A stretch of DNA of 64,000 nucleotides from Carcharhinus longimanus. Lineage: Eukaryota. The translations under genes were made by a program, and so were the position numbers. The notes below the pieces were generated by a model. The model was not told the origin of the DNA and did no database searches. It worked only from the letters and a program-made list of their open reading frames with translations. Numbering within the stretch: position 1 is the stretch's first letter; each line of letters begins with the position of its first letter. Below are positions 26,310 to 39,149 of this stretch, piece after piece. Location: NCBI GenBank assembly GCA_030264375.1, contig JASCQW010000132.1:115200416-115264415 (forward strand), written 5' to 3'.

Positions 26310-26830
26310 CTGTCATTTCCTTATTATCCATTCCTGTGTAAGTCTTTGATGGGTCCATACTCTTTACTACTACTTTCTCTTAATGTATTGATAAAACTTT
26401 TTGCTGTTAGCATTAGTATTCCTTCCATTTTTTTGGATCCCTTGTCCACTGTCTTTCCATTTTTCTTGCCTTTACATAAACCTCTTTTTGATGTTGTCTC
26501 TTTATTTCATTTTGCCCATGGTTGCTTAACTGCAAAAGTGAGGCTATGCTTTAGTAGGGTGCATACTATTTTTGCATCATATCAAATACTTCTTTGAATA
26601 TTTCTACTGTTTCTGTGAATTTAGCTCTTTTATCTCTTATGCCGTCAAAGTGTGTGTTGCTTAAATGTAAGACCATGGTTTGCTGTTCCCCTTCCCCCTC
26701 TCAAGTTTAATATCAAATTCAATCATATGGTCTCTATTCACAAGATGTCCCCTTGCCATCAGATTGTTAGCTAATTCTGGTTTCTAATTCATCACCAAAT
26801 CTAGTATGGCCTACTCTTTATCAGCCCCTA
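26310..26830 (-). mobile_element. Degenerate CR1 ORF2 fragment
   Basis: catcaccaaatctagtatggcc reversed gives AILDLVM (endonuclease end); layout parallels 28270-28980. Confidence 0.55.
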
Positions 26831-27512
26831 CTATTACAACTTGCATTTTCACAGTGTATTTAATGTTGTTTAATAATGTAAGACACTTTGCAGAAGCATT
26901 ATTAATCAAAATTTGACACTACACCATACAGGATATTAGAACAAGTGACCAAAAGTTTAGTCAAAGCTATACTGAGAAGACGTACTGGGGTCTGGTGGAA
27001 TCTTGGTATTTATTTTTCTTCGTCACTCCCATTTCTCCTGTCTCTCACTTCTAATTTTAGCACCCCCACAACTGCCCAATTTAGATCACCAAACTCAGCA
27101 TAGGAAAGGAATGCCAATTCCTTAAGCTATGTTGTACCCATTATTTATAGTTCAGTTTAGCTATGATACAAATCTGTGGCCTCATCTTCTCTTACAATGT
27201 GTGGAATTTTCTCAAAAATGTGAAGTGTCAGGGTGTGACTGAAACCCGCGGTATTTCTCTCCAAAAACAAAGCCAAGTTTTCGGACCAGATTTTCTGGCA
27301 CTTAGTGGGATTGACATTGTCACTCTGGCAGGGCGGGACCTAGAGTGCCATCTTCAAAGGATGCCCCCATCTGCGTACAAAAGATATTTTACCCACCTCC
27401 CTTCCCCAAAGGTCGTGGACAATCATGGAAATATCGGGGGGGGGGGGCATTTTTTCCACCCCCCTCCCATTCACATGTTATCATCAGGGCTCTCTTCTCT
27501 CCCAGTCTCCCA

Positions 27513-27793
27513 GGGCGGCATGGTAGCACAGTGGTTAGCACTGCTGCTTCACAGCTCCAGGGTCCTGGTTCGATTCCCAGCTTGGGTCACTGTCTGTATG
27601 GAGTTTGCACATTCTCCTCGTGTCTGCGTGGCTTTCCTCCGGGTACTCCGGTTTCCTCCCACAGTCCAAAGATGTACAGGTTAGGTTGATTGGCTATACT
27701 AAAAATTGCCCTTAGTGTCCTGAGATGCGTAGGTTAGAGGGATTAGTGGGTAAAATATGTAGAGATATGGGGGTAGGATCTGGGTGAGATTGT
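27513..27793 (+). mobile_element. HE1 V-SINE, near consensus, tail interrupted
   Basis: gggcggcatggtagcacagtggttagcactgctgc (A box), ggttcgattccc (B box), V core, aattgcccttagtgtcc. Confidence 0.92.
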
Positions 27794-28980
27794 ATCCACT
27801 TGGCTACCTCACCCTGGACCCTGGGAGATTTAACCTTAAGCAACAACTATGCGGAACCTTGTCAGTTGCCTTGCTAAAGTCCACGTAAGCAACATCAACT
27901 GCACTGCCCTCATTTACTTTGGTTACCCCTTCAAAAAACTCAATCAAATTTGTGAGACATGATTTTACATTCACAAAGTATTGCTGATTGTCCTTAATCA
28001 GTCCTTGCAACTCTGAATGCCTGTGGATCCTGTCTCTCAAAATACCTTTCGACAACTTATCCATCACAGATATGAAGCTCACTGGCCTGTAATTCCCAGG
28101 CTTTTTCCCTACAGCTCTTTTTAATCAAAGGGAGAACATTTGCCTCCCTCCAATCTTCAGGCACCTCACCTGTGACTATCAATGATTCAAATATCTCTGC
28201 TAGGGGACCCACAATTTCCTTCCAAGCCTCCCACAATGTCCTGGGATACACTTCATCACGTCCTGGGGATTTATCTACCTTGATGCACTTTTAGACTTCC
28301 AGCCTCCTTCTCTGTAATAAGTGCACTCCTCAAGATATCACTATTTATTTCCCCAAGTTTCCTAACATCCATGTTTTTCTGAACAGTAAATACTAATGAG
28401 AAATATTCATTTAGGATCTCACCTATCTCTTGTGCATCTGCACATAAATTAACTTGTTGATCCTTAAGAAACCCTACTCTTTCCCTAGTTATGCTTTTGG
28501 CCTTTATGTATTTGTAGAAGCTCTTTAGATTCCTCTTTGCCTTATCTGTCAAAGCAATCTCGTGTCCTCTTTTTTGCCCTCCTGATTTCTCTCTTAACTC
28601 TACTCCTATACTCTCTGTACTCTTCAAGGGATCCATTTGATCCCAGCTGCTCATGCATGTCATGTGCCTCATTCTTCTTCTTGACCAGGACCTCAATATC
28701 ACGAAGCATCCAAAATTCCCTATTTCTATCAGCCTTGCCCTTCACTCTAAGAGGAATGTGTTTACCCTGAACTCTGGTTTATACACTTTTGAAAGCCTCC
28801 ACTTACCAGCCGTCCCTTTGCCTTCCTACAGCGCACCCCCCCCAATTAACTTTTAAAAGTTCCTGTCTCGTACCATCAAAATTGGCCTTGCCCCAATTTA
28901 GAATTTTAACTTTTGGGCCACACCTATTATTATCCATAACTATCTTAGAACTAATAGAATTAGTGATCCCCCACTAATAC
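27794..28980 (-). mobile_element. CR1 ORF2 fragment (linker and RT N-terminus)
   Basis: Frameshifted KSFYKYIK, EILNEYFSLVF, MYPRTLWE..TGEVPEDWREANV.P, KSCLTNLIEFFE..VDVAYVDFSKA.DKVPH. Confidence 0.92.
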
Positions 28981-28983
28981 TTC

Positions 28984-29500
28984 TGTTGTGCCTGCCGCAC
29001 AGTGTGTTTTAATCGTTATACAGTGGACACATAACTGTGAGTAGAGATCTGGTTATATCAATCAATATTTATTTAAGACACACAATCAATAATCACCCAC
29101 CCAACCAACATTAAGTTACCTTTCAGAAAATACTAGAGTTCAAGCCTAATACAAGACCTTGACTTAACTTTGCGTGACTAGCAAGTACCCAAGCAGATAT
29201 TGGCCTTTATCTGTGTGCTGGTCTCAGTTGCCCTCTGTGTAATCTGGCCCTTTGGTCTGGTCTGGTACTCTGGCTCTGATTTTCCTTCCTTCTTGTGCTA
29301 GTCGTCGCTTGCGATGGTCACCGTGGTTGTAGCCCGTTTGTGGGATCAGAGAGAGAGAGATTCTTGGTTGTGCAGCACCCTTTATACCCCATTGGGTTTT
29401 GCACCCCTTTTGGCCATTGCCAATCAATCGATCAGGACTTGATCACCCTGATTGATAAAGTCCAATCGGGTGCTGCCACACTAATCTCTGGCTGTGTCCC
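28984..29500 (-). mobile_element. Probable solo LTR
   Basis: Begins tgttgtg; the minus strand has TATA (tataaaggg) upstream of an AT-rich polyA-signal-like site (aaataaat). No paired LTR or TSD seen. Confidence 0.4.
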
Positions 29501-29502
29501 CA

Positions 29503-29581
29503 ATGATGTGGATATGCCGGCGTTGGATTGGGGTAAACACAGTAAAAAGTCATTCACCTGAAGAAGAGGGAAACCTCGAAA
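29503..29581 (+). mobile_element. Penelope-derived element: inverted terminus plus hammerhead 5' half, cut by a CR1 tail
   Basis: gatgtggatatgccggcgttggattggggtaaacacagt (reversed end), then ttcac-CTGAAGA-a-GAGG-gaaa-CCTC-GAAA. Confidence 0.7.
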
Positions 29582-29679
29582 GAACAAAGAACAACCCAGC
29601 ACGGGAAACAGGCCCTTCGGCCCAACGAGCCCGCGCCACCGCATCATCCTACACCTATTCTACCCTGCGTGTCTACGAA
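29581..29679 (-). mobile_element. CR1-type 3' tail running into a gap
   Basis: agaacaaagaacaa..ggaaacaggcccttcggcccaacgagcccgcgcc; near-identical copy at 41930-42005. Confidence 0.75.
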
Positions 29680-29779
29680 NNNNNNNNNNNNNNNNNNNNN
29701 NNNNNNNNNNNNNNNNNNNNNNNNNNNNNNNNNNNNNNNNNNNNNNNNNNNNNNNNNNNNNNNNNNNNNNNNNNNNNNN

Positions 29780-29865
29780 GGGCCTGGGTGGGATTGTGTT
29801 CGGTGCAGACTCGATGGGCCGAAGGGCCTCTTTCTGCACTGTAGGGTTCTACGATTCAATGATGA
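29780..29865 (+). mobile_element. HE1/CR1-type tail
   Basis: gggattgtgttcggtgcagactcgatgggccgaagggcctctttctgcactgtagg. Confidence 0.75.
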
Positions 29866-30309
29866 TTCTATCTCAGGGCTTGCCACCCCTGCCCCACCTC
29901 CTACTCTGTCATTGAAGCTCTCCCCACTTCCCCTGCCTGTCCCCTGCCCTTGTCTGGCCCCCCCACCGCAATTGAATGAACAAAAACTTCTAAATAGTAC
30001 TGTTAACCTGTAGGCCGAATGTGTTACAGTGTGGCCCAGCTGCATTCAAACATCTGATGGGTAGAAAAAGCCACACAGAACTACTAATCCCGCCAAATAA
30101 GCTAATACCAGGATTGGTAGCCACAGATTACCACTGCTACCATTCCTTCAACATTGATGACAAAAAGATATGGAAGAACCTGTGAACTCGGAGGTGCGGG
30201 GGGGGCGGGAATGGGGTAGTAGTATAATCATGTAGATACGAGGGTTAAACTGGGATAACTTGTAAATATATTGGATAGAAATGCAAGGGTTGCGTAATGT
30301 AAGGGTCTG

Positions 30310-31241
30310 TGTTACGACCATGATTGAGGAATGCACAGCTTAACGAGTCCCACTACTCTGCAGGTCACACTGTTAATTTAAAAGTTTAGTTCACTCACCA
30401 AAATGGCCAATTATTTACCTTCACAAATGGTATGCCCAGAATAAAAGAGATTTTATCCAGGCTACTTTCAATAAACCAGAATGATTGATTTATTATAAAA
30501 CAAAAACTTTTTAACAGGTTGCAAGACCTGGTTAACACACAATTGTGATCTGAAAGTATAAACATCTATCTTTCAAAATTTCCCCAACATACATGCGCAC
30601 GCACACACACATGTTAGAAAAATTCTTTATAAAGAAAAGGATAAAGTTTGCCGAGATTCTGTGCTGTTGATCTGGCGATCCCTTGTGTGAAGACCGACCC
30701 AAGTAGCTATCTGGAGCTTCACATGGAGGAGAATATAGAGCTGAATCAATTCTTCTCATCTCAATTTTTCAGGTTTCCAAATGCAGACAAGTTATACCCA
30801 GAGGAAAATTCTCTGGCTACAGTTTGATAAACATCCATACAAGTTCAGGCAATGCAGCTTTTTACTTCATTCAATGCCAACTCAACTCAAAAAACACACC
30901 AAGTTCTAAAGAACAGGTTCAGAAGTTAAAGGTTGTGTCTGTTTGATTTCCAGTAAGTTGTTAGCCTTTGCTTTCTTTATCTTTTTCCTTCCCCATCAAT
31001 CAATGTGATTGTAGTTCCAAACAAATATCCCAAGTACCATGCTGGTCAGGTGATTTCTTGGAAAACGCATTGTTGGGCATTGTTTTGTAGGCATTATTAA
31101 GGCATTTGTAGTCTTAGGTAGTTCAACATTAAGTATTTATTAACTACTAGAAACTAATGTATAGGTGCAGCAAAAGTCCAAGCTACGTGGCTCCGTCCAA
31201 TACCATACTGACCCCAAGATTGGATCATCTCTAATCTTACA
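30310..31241. mobile_element. Possible solo LTR (TG...CA)
   Basis: Starts tgttacgacc and ends atcttaca; no clean TSD. Confidence 0.35.
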
Positions 31242-31605
31242 TCACTGTGTTGATATTACTGTACTCAGGCCCACATTAGCCCTTAATGTGTCGGATTTTG
31301 GGAAAACTGTTGCTTCACAAATGGGATTTTCCTTTTAAAATTTGGAAGGATGCTGCATTTTTTGGAAACTTGGTTTTTTTTTTACACAAGGTCATAAGTT
31401 CACCTCTGGATTGGGAGCAGAAATGTCTAGGCGGGTTGTGCAGTAAATCCCACCCTTTGTGTCAAATGCTAACAGTTCATTTCTTTTTAACATGTACATT
31501 GCATTTTGCACATTCAAACTTTCTCAAGCTCATGTTCTTTTGCAACTACGTTTCTTTTACCATTTGTAACCTTGGTGTGCAAGTATTCTGTTCTCTTCTT
31601 TCCAG

Positions 31606-31610
31606 TCGCT
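31606..31610 (+). other. Candidate 5-nt microexon (TCGCT)
   Basis: ttctgttctcttctttccag|TCGCT|gtaagt: consensus acceptor immediately followed by a consensus donor. Confidence 0.3.
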
Positions 31611-31894
31611 GTAAGTAATATTCCGTGAAAATATAGGTGTACCTCCTACGTGTTTTATCTGAATAGGCATTTGTTAACAGTTTACATAAATGGCAAAACA
31701 AAACACAACTGATGCCAAATCCCAGACTAAATAAACATGAGTAGGTTTTAAACGATTATTATCAAATTGCACTGCCTTAACTGATGGTCAACTGTTATCT
31801 GTTAACTGTAAAATAACTTTCCATCACTTAAACTGAAACAAAACCTCTTCTTCCTACAGCTTGATTGTTTCCTGAACTCTACTGTAAGAAAATA

Positions 31895-32195
31895 ATGGAA
31901 AGGTAGTAGGACTGGAGCCCGGGTGTTAGCGATGGAAAGGTAGTAGGACTGGAGGGTCTCAATGACATTATTGTTACTAGAGAGGCGGTGCTCGACAGAC
32001 TGGAGGGACTGATTGTGGANNNNNNNNNNNNNNNNNNNNNNNNNNNNNNNNNNNNNNNNNNNNNNNNNNNNNNNNNNNNNNNNNNNNNNNNNNNNNNNNN
32101 NNNNNNNNNNNNNNNNNNNATGATCTTATTGAATGGCGGGGCAGGCTCGAAGGGCTAGATGGCCTACTCCTGCTCCTATTTCTTATATTCTTATG
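31895..32195 (+). mobile_element. CR1 with interior gap
   Basis: IIVTREAVLDRLEGL before the gap; 3' UTR tgaatggcggggcaggctcgaagggctagatggcctactcctgctcctatttcttat after it. Confidence 0.8.
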
Positions 32196-32519
32196 TAAAA
32201 TATGCCACTACATTAAAATCACATGTATTGCAGTATCATGAGAAATAGAGGTGTTTCTGTGTAATAGTGAACAAAGCGGGTTGTATTTCCTGGTTTACTT
32301 TTGACTGACAATCTTAGAGAATTATAATGATCGAAAATCCACAGAAAAGAATCCAGAGATAGGATTGAAAAAGATTTCTGCTTCAGTAAATGATTAACTA
32401 CAGTGAAGATTCCCTCAACGCCAGGTCTCAAGATGAAGAATAAATCTCTGTTAGAGAATAGAAATCATGAGCATTCCTAGGTTCAGATTATGTTGTTAAA
32501 TGTGAAAACAAATCTTAAT

Positions 32520-34354
32520 AGATTTGTTTCCTGGACTGACACTGATATCATTTCCTCTGGAGATTTTCTGTCTCCAGCCGCCAACCTAATAGTCCCCTAA
32601 ACCCACACAGCCTGCCTCTGCCTCCTTCCTAAATCCACAAACAGAACTGCCTTGGTAGACCCATTGTATCAGCCTGTTCATGCCCTACTGAACTCATTTT
32701 TTCCTATCTTAATTCCATTCTCTCTCCCCTTGTTCAATCCCTTTCCACCAACATTGGCGATTCCTCTGATGCCCTATGTCACATCAATAATTTCCAGTTT
32801 CCCAGCCTTAACCATTTCTTCTCACTATGGTTGTCCAATCCATCTACACTTCTATCCTTCACCAAGAGGGCCTTGGGGTTCTTCGCTTCCTCCTTTAGGA
32901 GATGCCCAAGTAATCCCCATCTACGACTTTGATTTGACTTGATTTATTATTGTCACATGTATTAACATATAGTGAAAAGTATTGTTTCTTGTGCGCTATG
33001 CAGACAAAGCATACTATTCATACAGAAGAGACGACAGAGTGCAGAATGTAGTGTTACAGTCATAGCTAGGGTGTAGAGGAAGATCAACTTAATGCAAGGT
33101 GTCCATTCAAAAGTCTGACACCAGCAGGGAAGAAGCTGTTCTAGTGTCGGTTGGTACATGATCTCAGACTTTTGTATCTTTTTCCTGAAGAAGGTGAAAG
33201 AGAGAATGAGCGGAGTGCGTGGGGTCCTTAATTATGCCGACCGCTTTGCTGAGGCAGTGGGAAGTGTAGACAGAGCCAATGGATGTGAGGCTGGTTTGCA
33301 TGATGGATTGGGCTGTATTCATGGCCTTTTGTCGTTCCTTGCGGTCTTGCGTAGAGCAGGAGCCGTTCCAATGCTTTCTATCGTCCATCGGTAAAAATTG
33401 GTGACAGTCGTAGCTGACGTGCCAAATTTCCTTAGTCTTCTGAGAAAGTAGAGGTGTTAGTGGGCTTTCTTTATTATAATATTGGTGACCAGGACAGGTT
33501 ATTGGTAATCTGGATACCTAAAAATTTGAAGCTCTCAACCCTTTCTACTTCGTCCCCATTGATGTAGACAGGGCGTGTTCTCCTTTATGCTTCCTGAAGT
33601 CGATGACAATCTCCTTTGTTTTGTTGACATTGAAGGAGAGATTACTGTTGTGGCACCAGTTCACCAGATTCTCTCTGTCATTCCTGTACTCTGTCTCGTC
33701 ATTGTTTGAAATCTGACTCACTATGGTGGTGTCATCAGCAAATTTGAAAATCGAATTGGAGGGGAATTTGGCCACACAGTCATAGATGTATAAGGAGTAT
33801 AGTAGTGGGCTGAGAACACAACCTTGTGGAGCACTACTATTCTCTTTCATCCAGCTGCACTTATTCTTTCACTCAACATTTCCTCTTTTAACTTGTCTCG
33901 CTCCTGCAAATAAAAGGTGTGGCCATGGATACCCACATGGTCCCCAGTTATATCTTTCATGTGTATTATGTGAAGCGATCCTTGTTTCAGTCATATTCAG
34001 GCCCCTTCTACAGCTCTATTTTTGTTATAGCGGTGGACTTATCAGTGCCACTTCATGCTCTTATCCAGACCTGTGAAAATTTATTGATTTTGTTTCCAAT
34101 TTCCACTCCTCTTTCATCTTTGAATGATCAGTGCCCTTCACTTCCCTTCCTTGACCTCCCTGTCTCAATTTCTGGCAATAGACTGACCACCAACATTCAT
34201 TGCAAACCCACCATTCCCACAACTACCTTGACTATAGCTCCTCACATCCATTCCCTGTAAGGACTCCATCACATTTTTCAGTTTCTCCATCGCCACTGCT
34301 TCAGTTCCAGTGATGCTATCTTGGAAAATACTACCTCTGACATGTCTTTATCTT
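32520..34354 (+). mobile_element. Penelope-like element RT remnant, interrupted by Rex1
   Basis: Frameshifted LLP..HKQNCLGRPIVSACSCPTELI, VAMDTHMVPSY (GVAMG..MGPSYA), LPFLDLPVSISGNRLTTNIHCKPT..YLDY. Confidence 0.85.
32928..33834 (-). mobile_element. Rex1/Babar LINE, 5'-truncated
   Basis: APQGCVLSPLLYSLYIYDCVAKFPSNSIFKFADDTTIV..NNDETEYR..NVNKTKEIVIDFRK, IIKDPTH..LFHL; (tcaaa)n tail. Confidence 0.85.
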
Positions 34355-34605
34355 NNNNNNNNNNNNNNNNNNNNNNNNNNNNNNNNNNNNNNNNNNNNNN
34401 NNNNNNNNNNNNNNNNNNNNNNNNNNNNNNNNNNNNNNNNNNNNNNNNNNNNNNNNNNNNNNNNNNNNNNNNNNNNNNNNNNNNNNNNNNNNNNNNNNNN
34501 NNNNNNNNNNNNNNNNNNNNNNNNNNNNNNNNNNNNNNNNNNNNNNNNNNNNNNNNNNNNNNNNNNNNNNNNNNNNNNNNNNNNNNNNNNNNNNNNNNNN
34601 NNNNN

Positions 34606-35490
34606 CCAAACAACACCTCTCTTAACCCAAATGGCACACTGGCCACCCCAATCTCCCCCGACCCAGAATGATAGAACCCACCCCCAACTCAACCTGACCA
34701 CCTCAAGTCAACCCAAATGACTCCCCCCGCTCCCCCCCCACCCAAACGACCCACCCTGTCACTACCTCCAACTCAAACGACTGTCCCCCAACCTGAATGA
34801 AACGCACCTGACATGACCACCACACATGTCCCATCCCCCCTCCAACTTGAATGATACTCAACCCCCTCCTCCAATGTTTACCTTCTCCCCACATTTCGTT
34901 CACTTGGTGATTTGCTGTCTCCCTTTTAACAGGGCCTTTAAGCTCAGCTGTTTTATGGCAGCTGCTGATATAAATGCTGTGAAAGGAAGCATATCCTCCT
35001 GAGCACCACTCCTTTTGCACTTTGCAGCTTGAGCCACAGACATGCTTTGCTTCTTCAGTCTCACCCAGCCTGAGTCAGGAAGGTCAAGCAAGGCAGGTGC
35101 TTTACACTTAGCACAGGTAAGTCATAGAATCCCTACAGTGCAGAAGAAGGCCTTTCGACCCATTGAGCCTGCACTGACAACAGTCGCACCCAGGCGTGAA
35201 CCCCGTAACCCCACATATTTACCTTGCTAGTCCCCTTGACACTAAGGGCAATTTAACATGGTCAATCCACCTAACCTGCACATCCTTGGACTGTGGGAAG
35301 AAACCGGAGTACCCAGAGGAAACCCACGCAAACATGGGGAGAACGTGCAGACTCCGCACATTCACACCAGGCTGGAACTGAACTTGGGTCCCTGGCGCTG
35401 AGAGACAGCAGCACTAACCACTGCGCTACCTTGCTGCCCTACAGAGTGGCAATTTGCCACCAATTACTGCTCCAAGGAAGTTACGGACAT
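34606..35490 (+). mobile_element. Non-autonomous DNA element with C-rich interior (family of 42573-44160)
   Basis: Both copies end ctccaaggaagtta(c/t)g and share a C-rich low-complexity tract followed by ctttaa..ctg.tttatg..tgctgt..aaagg. Confidence 0.5.
35120..35439 (-). mobile_element. HE1 V-SINE with CR1-type tail
   Basis: Reverse complement of head, core and tail (catagaatccctacagtgcagaag..gcactaaccactgcg..gccc). Confidence 0.9.
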
Positions 35491-37759
35491 TTGTCAAAAT
35501 TTGTTTTCCTAGGTTGCACATCATCCCTCAGAGCAAGATTTGCTTATTGGTGGTGGCAAAGTGTTAAACAACTTTGTGATTTGCTTACTTCAAATGTGAA
35601 AATGTATGAATTAGGTTACATGTTGCTTTTCTAATAAATTCACAGATATAGATATTGTTCTTTCAATTAAAGATATTTCTAGCTAGCAACTTCATAACCG
35701 ACTCCATAAGCCTGTCTGCTGCATCAGTCTCTGCAGACTTCCAAGAGTTCAAATAATTGTTTGTATTACTGTTAATTACAGAGTGTTACTGATTTTTGCA
35801 GCCACTTGTCTGTGATCGCCTAAAAAGTTGCTGCTACTTTAGAACAAAGTACTCAGACCATAATATTGCAACACAATTGATGTCATTGCATTTGAGCCTG
35901 TCATTCACAAGGTTCTTGTATGGTTATTGGTTTTTAGAAAAATAAACAAAATGCTTTTATGGAGCTTGTGTTTTTGTATTTTACTCAAACTGCTAGTGAG
36001 CGCATCTAGATTGCACATCTAGATTACACTCCTGATACCAATTACTAGTTTGGCTATTACTGGTGTTGCTTAATGTAAATTACTAAATTACATAATGCTG
36101 CACTAAATTTATTTGAGCCGATAGTGTAATGGAGCAACACAGAGGAGTAGAGTGGGGAATAAATGAGATTGGTGACTGAAAATGAAATCTTGTTTCCCTC
36201 AAGCCACCTCCGGAGGCTTGCACAGCACCTTGATTGTATTTGGGATTTTGTGATCTGGCCTTTCTCACTTTACTAGCTCTTGGATGGAGTTATAAGGTTT
36301 TCAATCATTACAGTACAGAAGGAGGTCTTTCAGCCTATTGAGTCCATGCTGGCCTTCTGTAGAGCCATCCAGTCAATCCCATTCCACTGCCCTATCCACA
36401 TATTCTTGTAAGTTTAATCCCTGCCAGTGCCCAATCAATTTCCTTTTGAACCATTGTCTCTGTTTACATCACACTCATAGTTGTTCCAATTTTTCTCCAA
36501 ATTGTGGCCTGGAAATGTGATCCTTTCCTTGGGTGCTAAATGGCTAGTGAAGCTGCCAACATGACAGGCAAGGAGCATGCATGTGTATTTTTATGTGTAT
36601 TTTTACTCCCTGAATTGCACTGCCTACTGTAAGATAAATGTGCTGTCAGTAAGGACAGACTTCAGAATGGTTTAAAGTGCAGAATAATCAATTTAATTTG
36701 GGGTGCAGCATGTCTTCATGGACCTGTTTCTGATTTTCAAATATTCCAGCACTCCACTCGCTGTGAAAATTCTGCATTCAGCATAACATTGCAATGTCAA
36801 GGAGATCCCATGCGTAATGAAGAAGCCAGAAGAGTGGGAATGCTCCTCTGCCCACTGTCACCCCTCGTCAGCTGCCGAATGTCCCTGGTCCATGCTTAGT
36901 CACTCACTTTATTTCGCTTACCTTAAGGCTGCTCTAACACCAGAGGTGGCCCGATCTTCAATTATGATTCACCAGCTCTGTGGATGTGTTTGATAAGGCC
37001 CAATAATGCTGTCACCTCACCATTTTGTCCCATGATTTTTTTCACTACACCCAGGAATGAGTTTCCCTGAATATCTGACTGTATACTTACTCAGCTGCAA
37101 GGCACATTTAATACATTCAACTTATAAGTGCTATATAAACTCCTGTTTCCTTCTTGCAACAGTAACAAGAACCTAATGGGAATCAAAATGATGAGAAACC
37201 CAATCTGTTAAAAAGCATTTCATAAATGAATAGCTATTTCCACTCAAAATGTTTGGTACCAGCAGCTAAAATCATCCAAGGCTGTAATCATAGCTAGAAT
37301 TTGGCAGCTGATTGAACTTAGTGAGGTATAGCTTGTTCCCAAGTACAGTGCATGCTGGAACTCATTATTACTGGATATGGTCAAGGTGAATACCTTTGAA
37401 CAACTTCAGGAAAAATTTCCAGGATTGCATAAGCGCTGATCACATGATATAATTCCATCTTCCTTTGGAGTGGCTTCTCCAAGGTGCTTATATCAGTTTT
37501 GAAGATATGTTAACCCTGTCAAAGATTTCTTTTTTCTCAGGATTCATTATTCAAGTTTTTTTTAGATTCAGACAGGTTGAACTTGAGCACATTTTTTGGA
37601 CTTACTCCAGTAAGCCATGCATCCAATTCAGTTTCACCAGGTGAATGAATGTTGTGACTTCACTTGCCCACAAAACTTCTATTGCCTTTTTAAGTTTTCT
37701 GTGTCGTAGCTGATCTGTGTATAGACAATGCCATCTATAACCAGATGCTAACCACAACT

Positions 37760-37900
37760 GCTGGAATTCTGTGGTCTCGCACACTACTGGCTACTGCTGC
37801 AAGCGAGAACAGAGAATTTGGTACTCAGCTAAAACTCAGTCAGTTCACAGCTGCGGGACTGGAGAATCCCAGCCGTGGGCAAGGTCAGAGAATTCCAGCC
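37760..37900. mobile_element. MITE
   Basis: Perfect 11-bp TIR gctggaattct / agaattccagc; inverted relative at 53495-53630. Confidence 0.7.
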
Positions 37901-38849
37901 AACATGAGGATGTTCCCTTTACCTCCTCACCCAATCCCTTCTTCCAATGGGGAAGCGTGCATCCATACTCACTCCCTCCTCATCATTGATTCAGAAGCTG
38001 TGAGCTGAAATTGCAAAGTGACCTATGCATATAATATTTCACCTTCCACGCTTCTATTAATTAACAATTGGAGCAAGAAAGNNNNNNNNNNNNNNNNNNN
38101 NNNNNNNNNNNNNNNNNNNNNNNNNNNNNNNNNNNNNNNNNNNNNNNNNNNNNNNNNNNNNNNNNNNNNNNNNNNNNNNNNAAGAAAGAGCAAGAATATG
38201 AATCTTCCCTCAGCCAGGATGAAATTTGCACATAGACCAGTGCACATTAAGATAACATTAAGAGTTTTAGCATTCCGTTGATTGACATGGAATTTTACAC
38301 CTCCAACAAATTGCAAAAGGACCTGTTTGTGATCGGATAACAGTTACAAAGCTGTCTTTTGTTAATAATCCATTCCTACAGTTTAAAGCTAATGAAGAAC
38401 TGCAGTATAACTTCTTGGGGTTCTTAGTTTTCATTTCCACTTTTTAAATGAAGAAAAAAACTTGAAGTTACAGGGAACCCTTCATCAATATCTCGTCTTA
38501 TCTCTCCTAATTGTTAAACTATTTTGTACCTAAATAACTTTTCTAGATTTTCTGCAACATATTTGAGGAATGTCAGAAAGACAGCTCAAAAAGTAATAAT
38601 TTTCTATTTGCTAGTTCAATAGTGATAATTTTTCAAATGGCAGTGACTTGATATCCTGCATTTTAATGTACATTGCCACTGTTGGCTTTAAACTGGATTA
38701 CTGTGTCCACTCCTGGTCACCAGGGTACAAGCTGAAATATGCAGGGCTCCTCTGAAATTGAGTGGTAATGAAAACTTAAAGAAGGTTATTCATCCATGAA
38801 AGAGGCAATATAAAAGATTTATAGATATTAAGTGACGTACATACTTACA

Positions 38850-39149
38850 ACTGGCATGGTGGTGAGCACAGTTGCCTCATAGCGCCAGGGACCCGGGTTT
38901 AATTCCTGGCTTGGATCATTGTCTGTGTGGAGTTTGCATGTTCTCCTCGTGTCTGCATGGGTTTCTTCTGGGTGTCCAGTTTCCTCCCATAGTCCAAAAG
39001 ACATGCAGGTTAGGTGCATTGGCCATGCTAAATTCTCCCTCAGTGTATCTGAAAAGGCGCTGGAGTGCGACGACTAGGGGATTTTCACAGCAACGTCACT
39101 GCAGTGTTGTAAGCTAACATGTCACACTAATAAATAAACTTTAAACTTT
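38850..39149 (+). mobile_element. V-SINE with type-B tail
   Basis: Head, V core and tail cgactaggggattttcacag..taataaataaactttaaacttt. Confidence 0.88.

Noticed and set aside
27163-27689. 173-aa and 114-aa ORFs
   Set aside because: Read-through of a GC-rich repeat and an HE1 SINE (GMVAQWLALL..VCMEFAHSPRVC); not a gene.
36004-36029. Short tandem duplications (also near 16515 and 36581)
   Set aside because: Ordinary slippage-type 12-14 bp duplications with no further structure.
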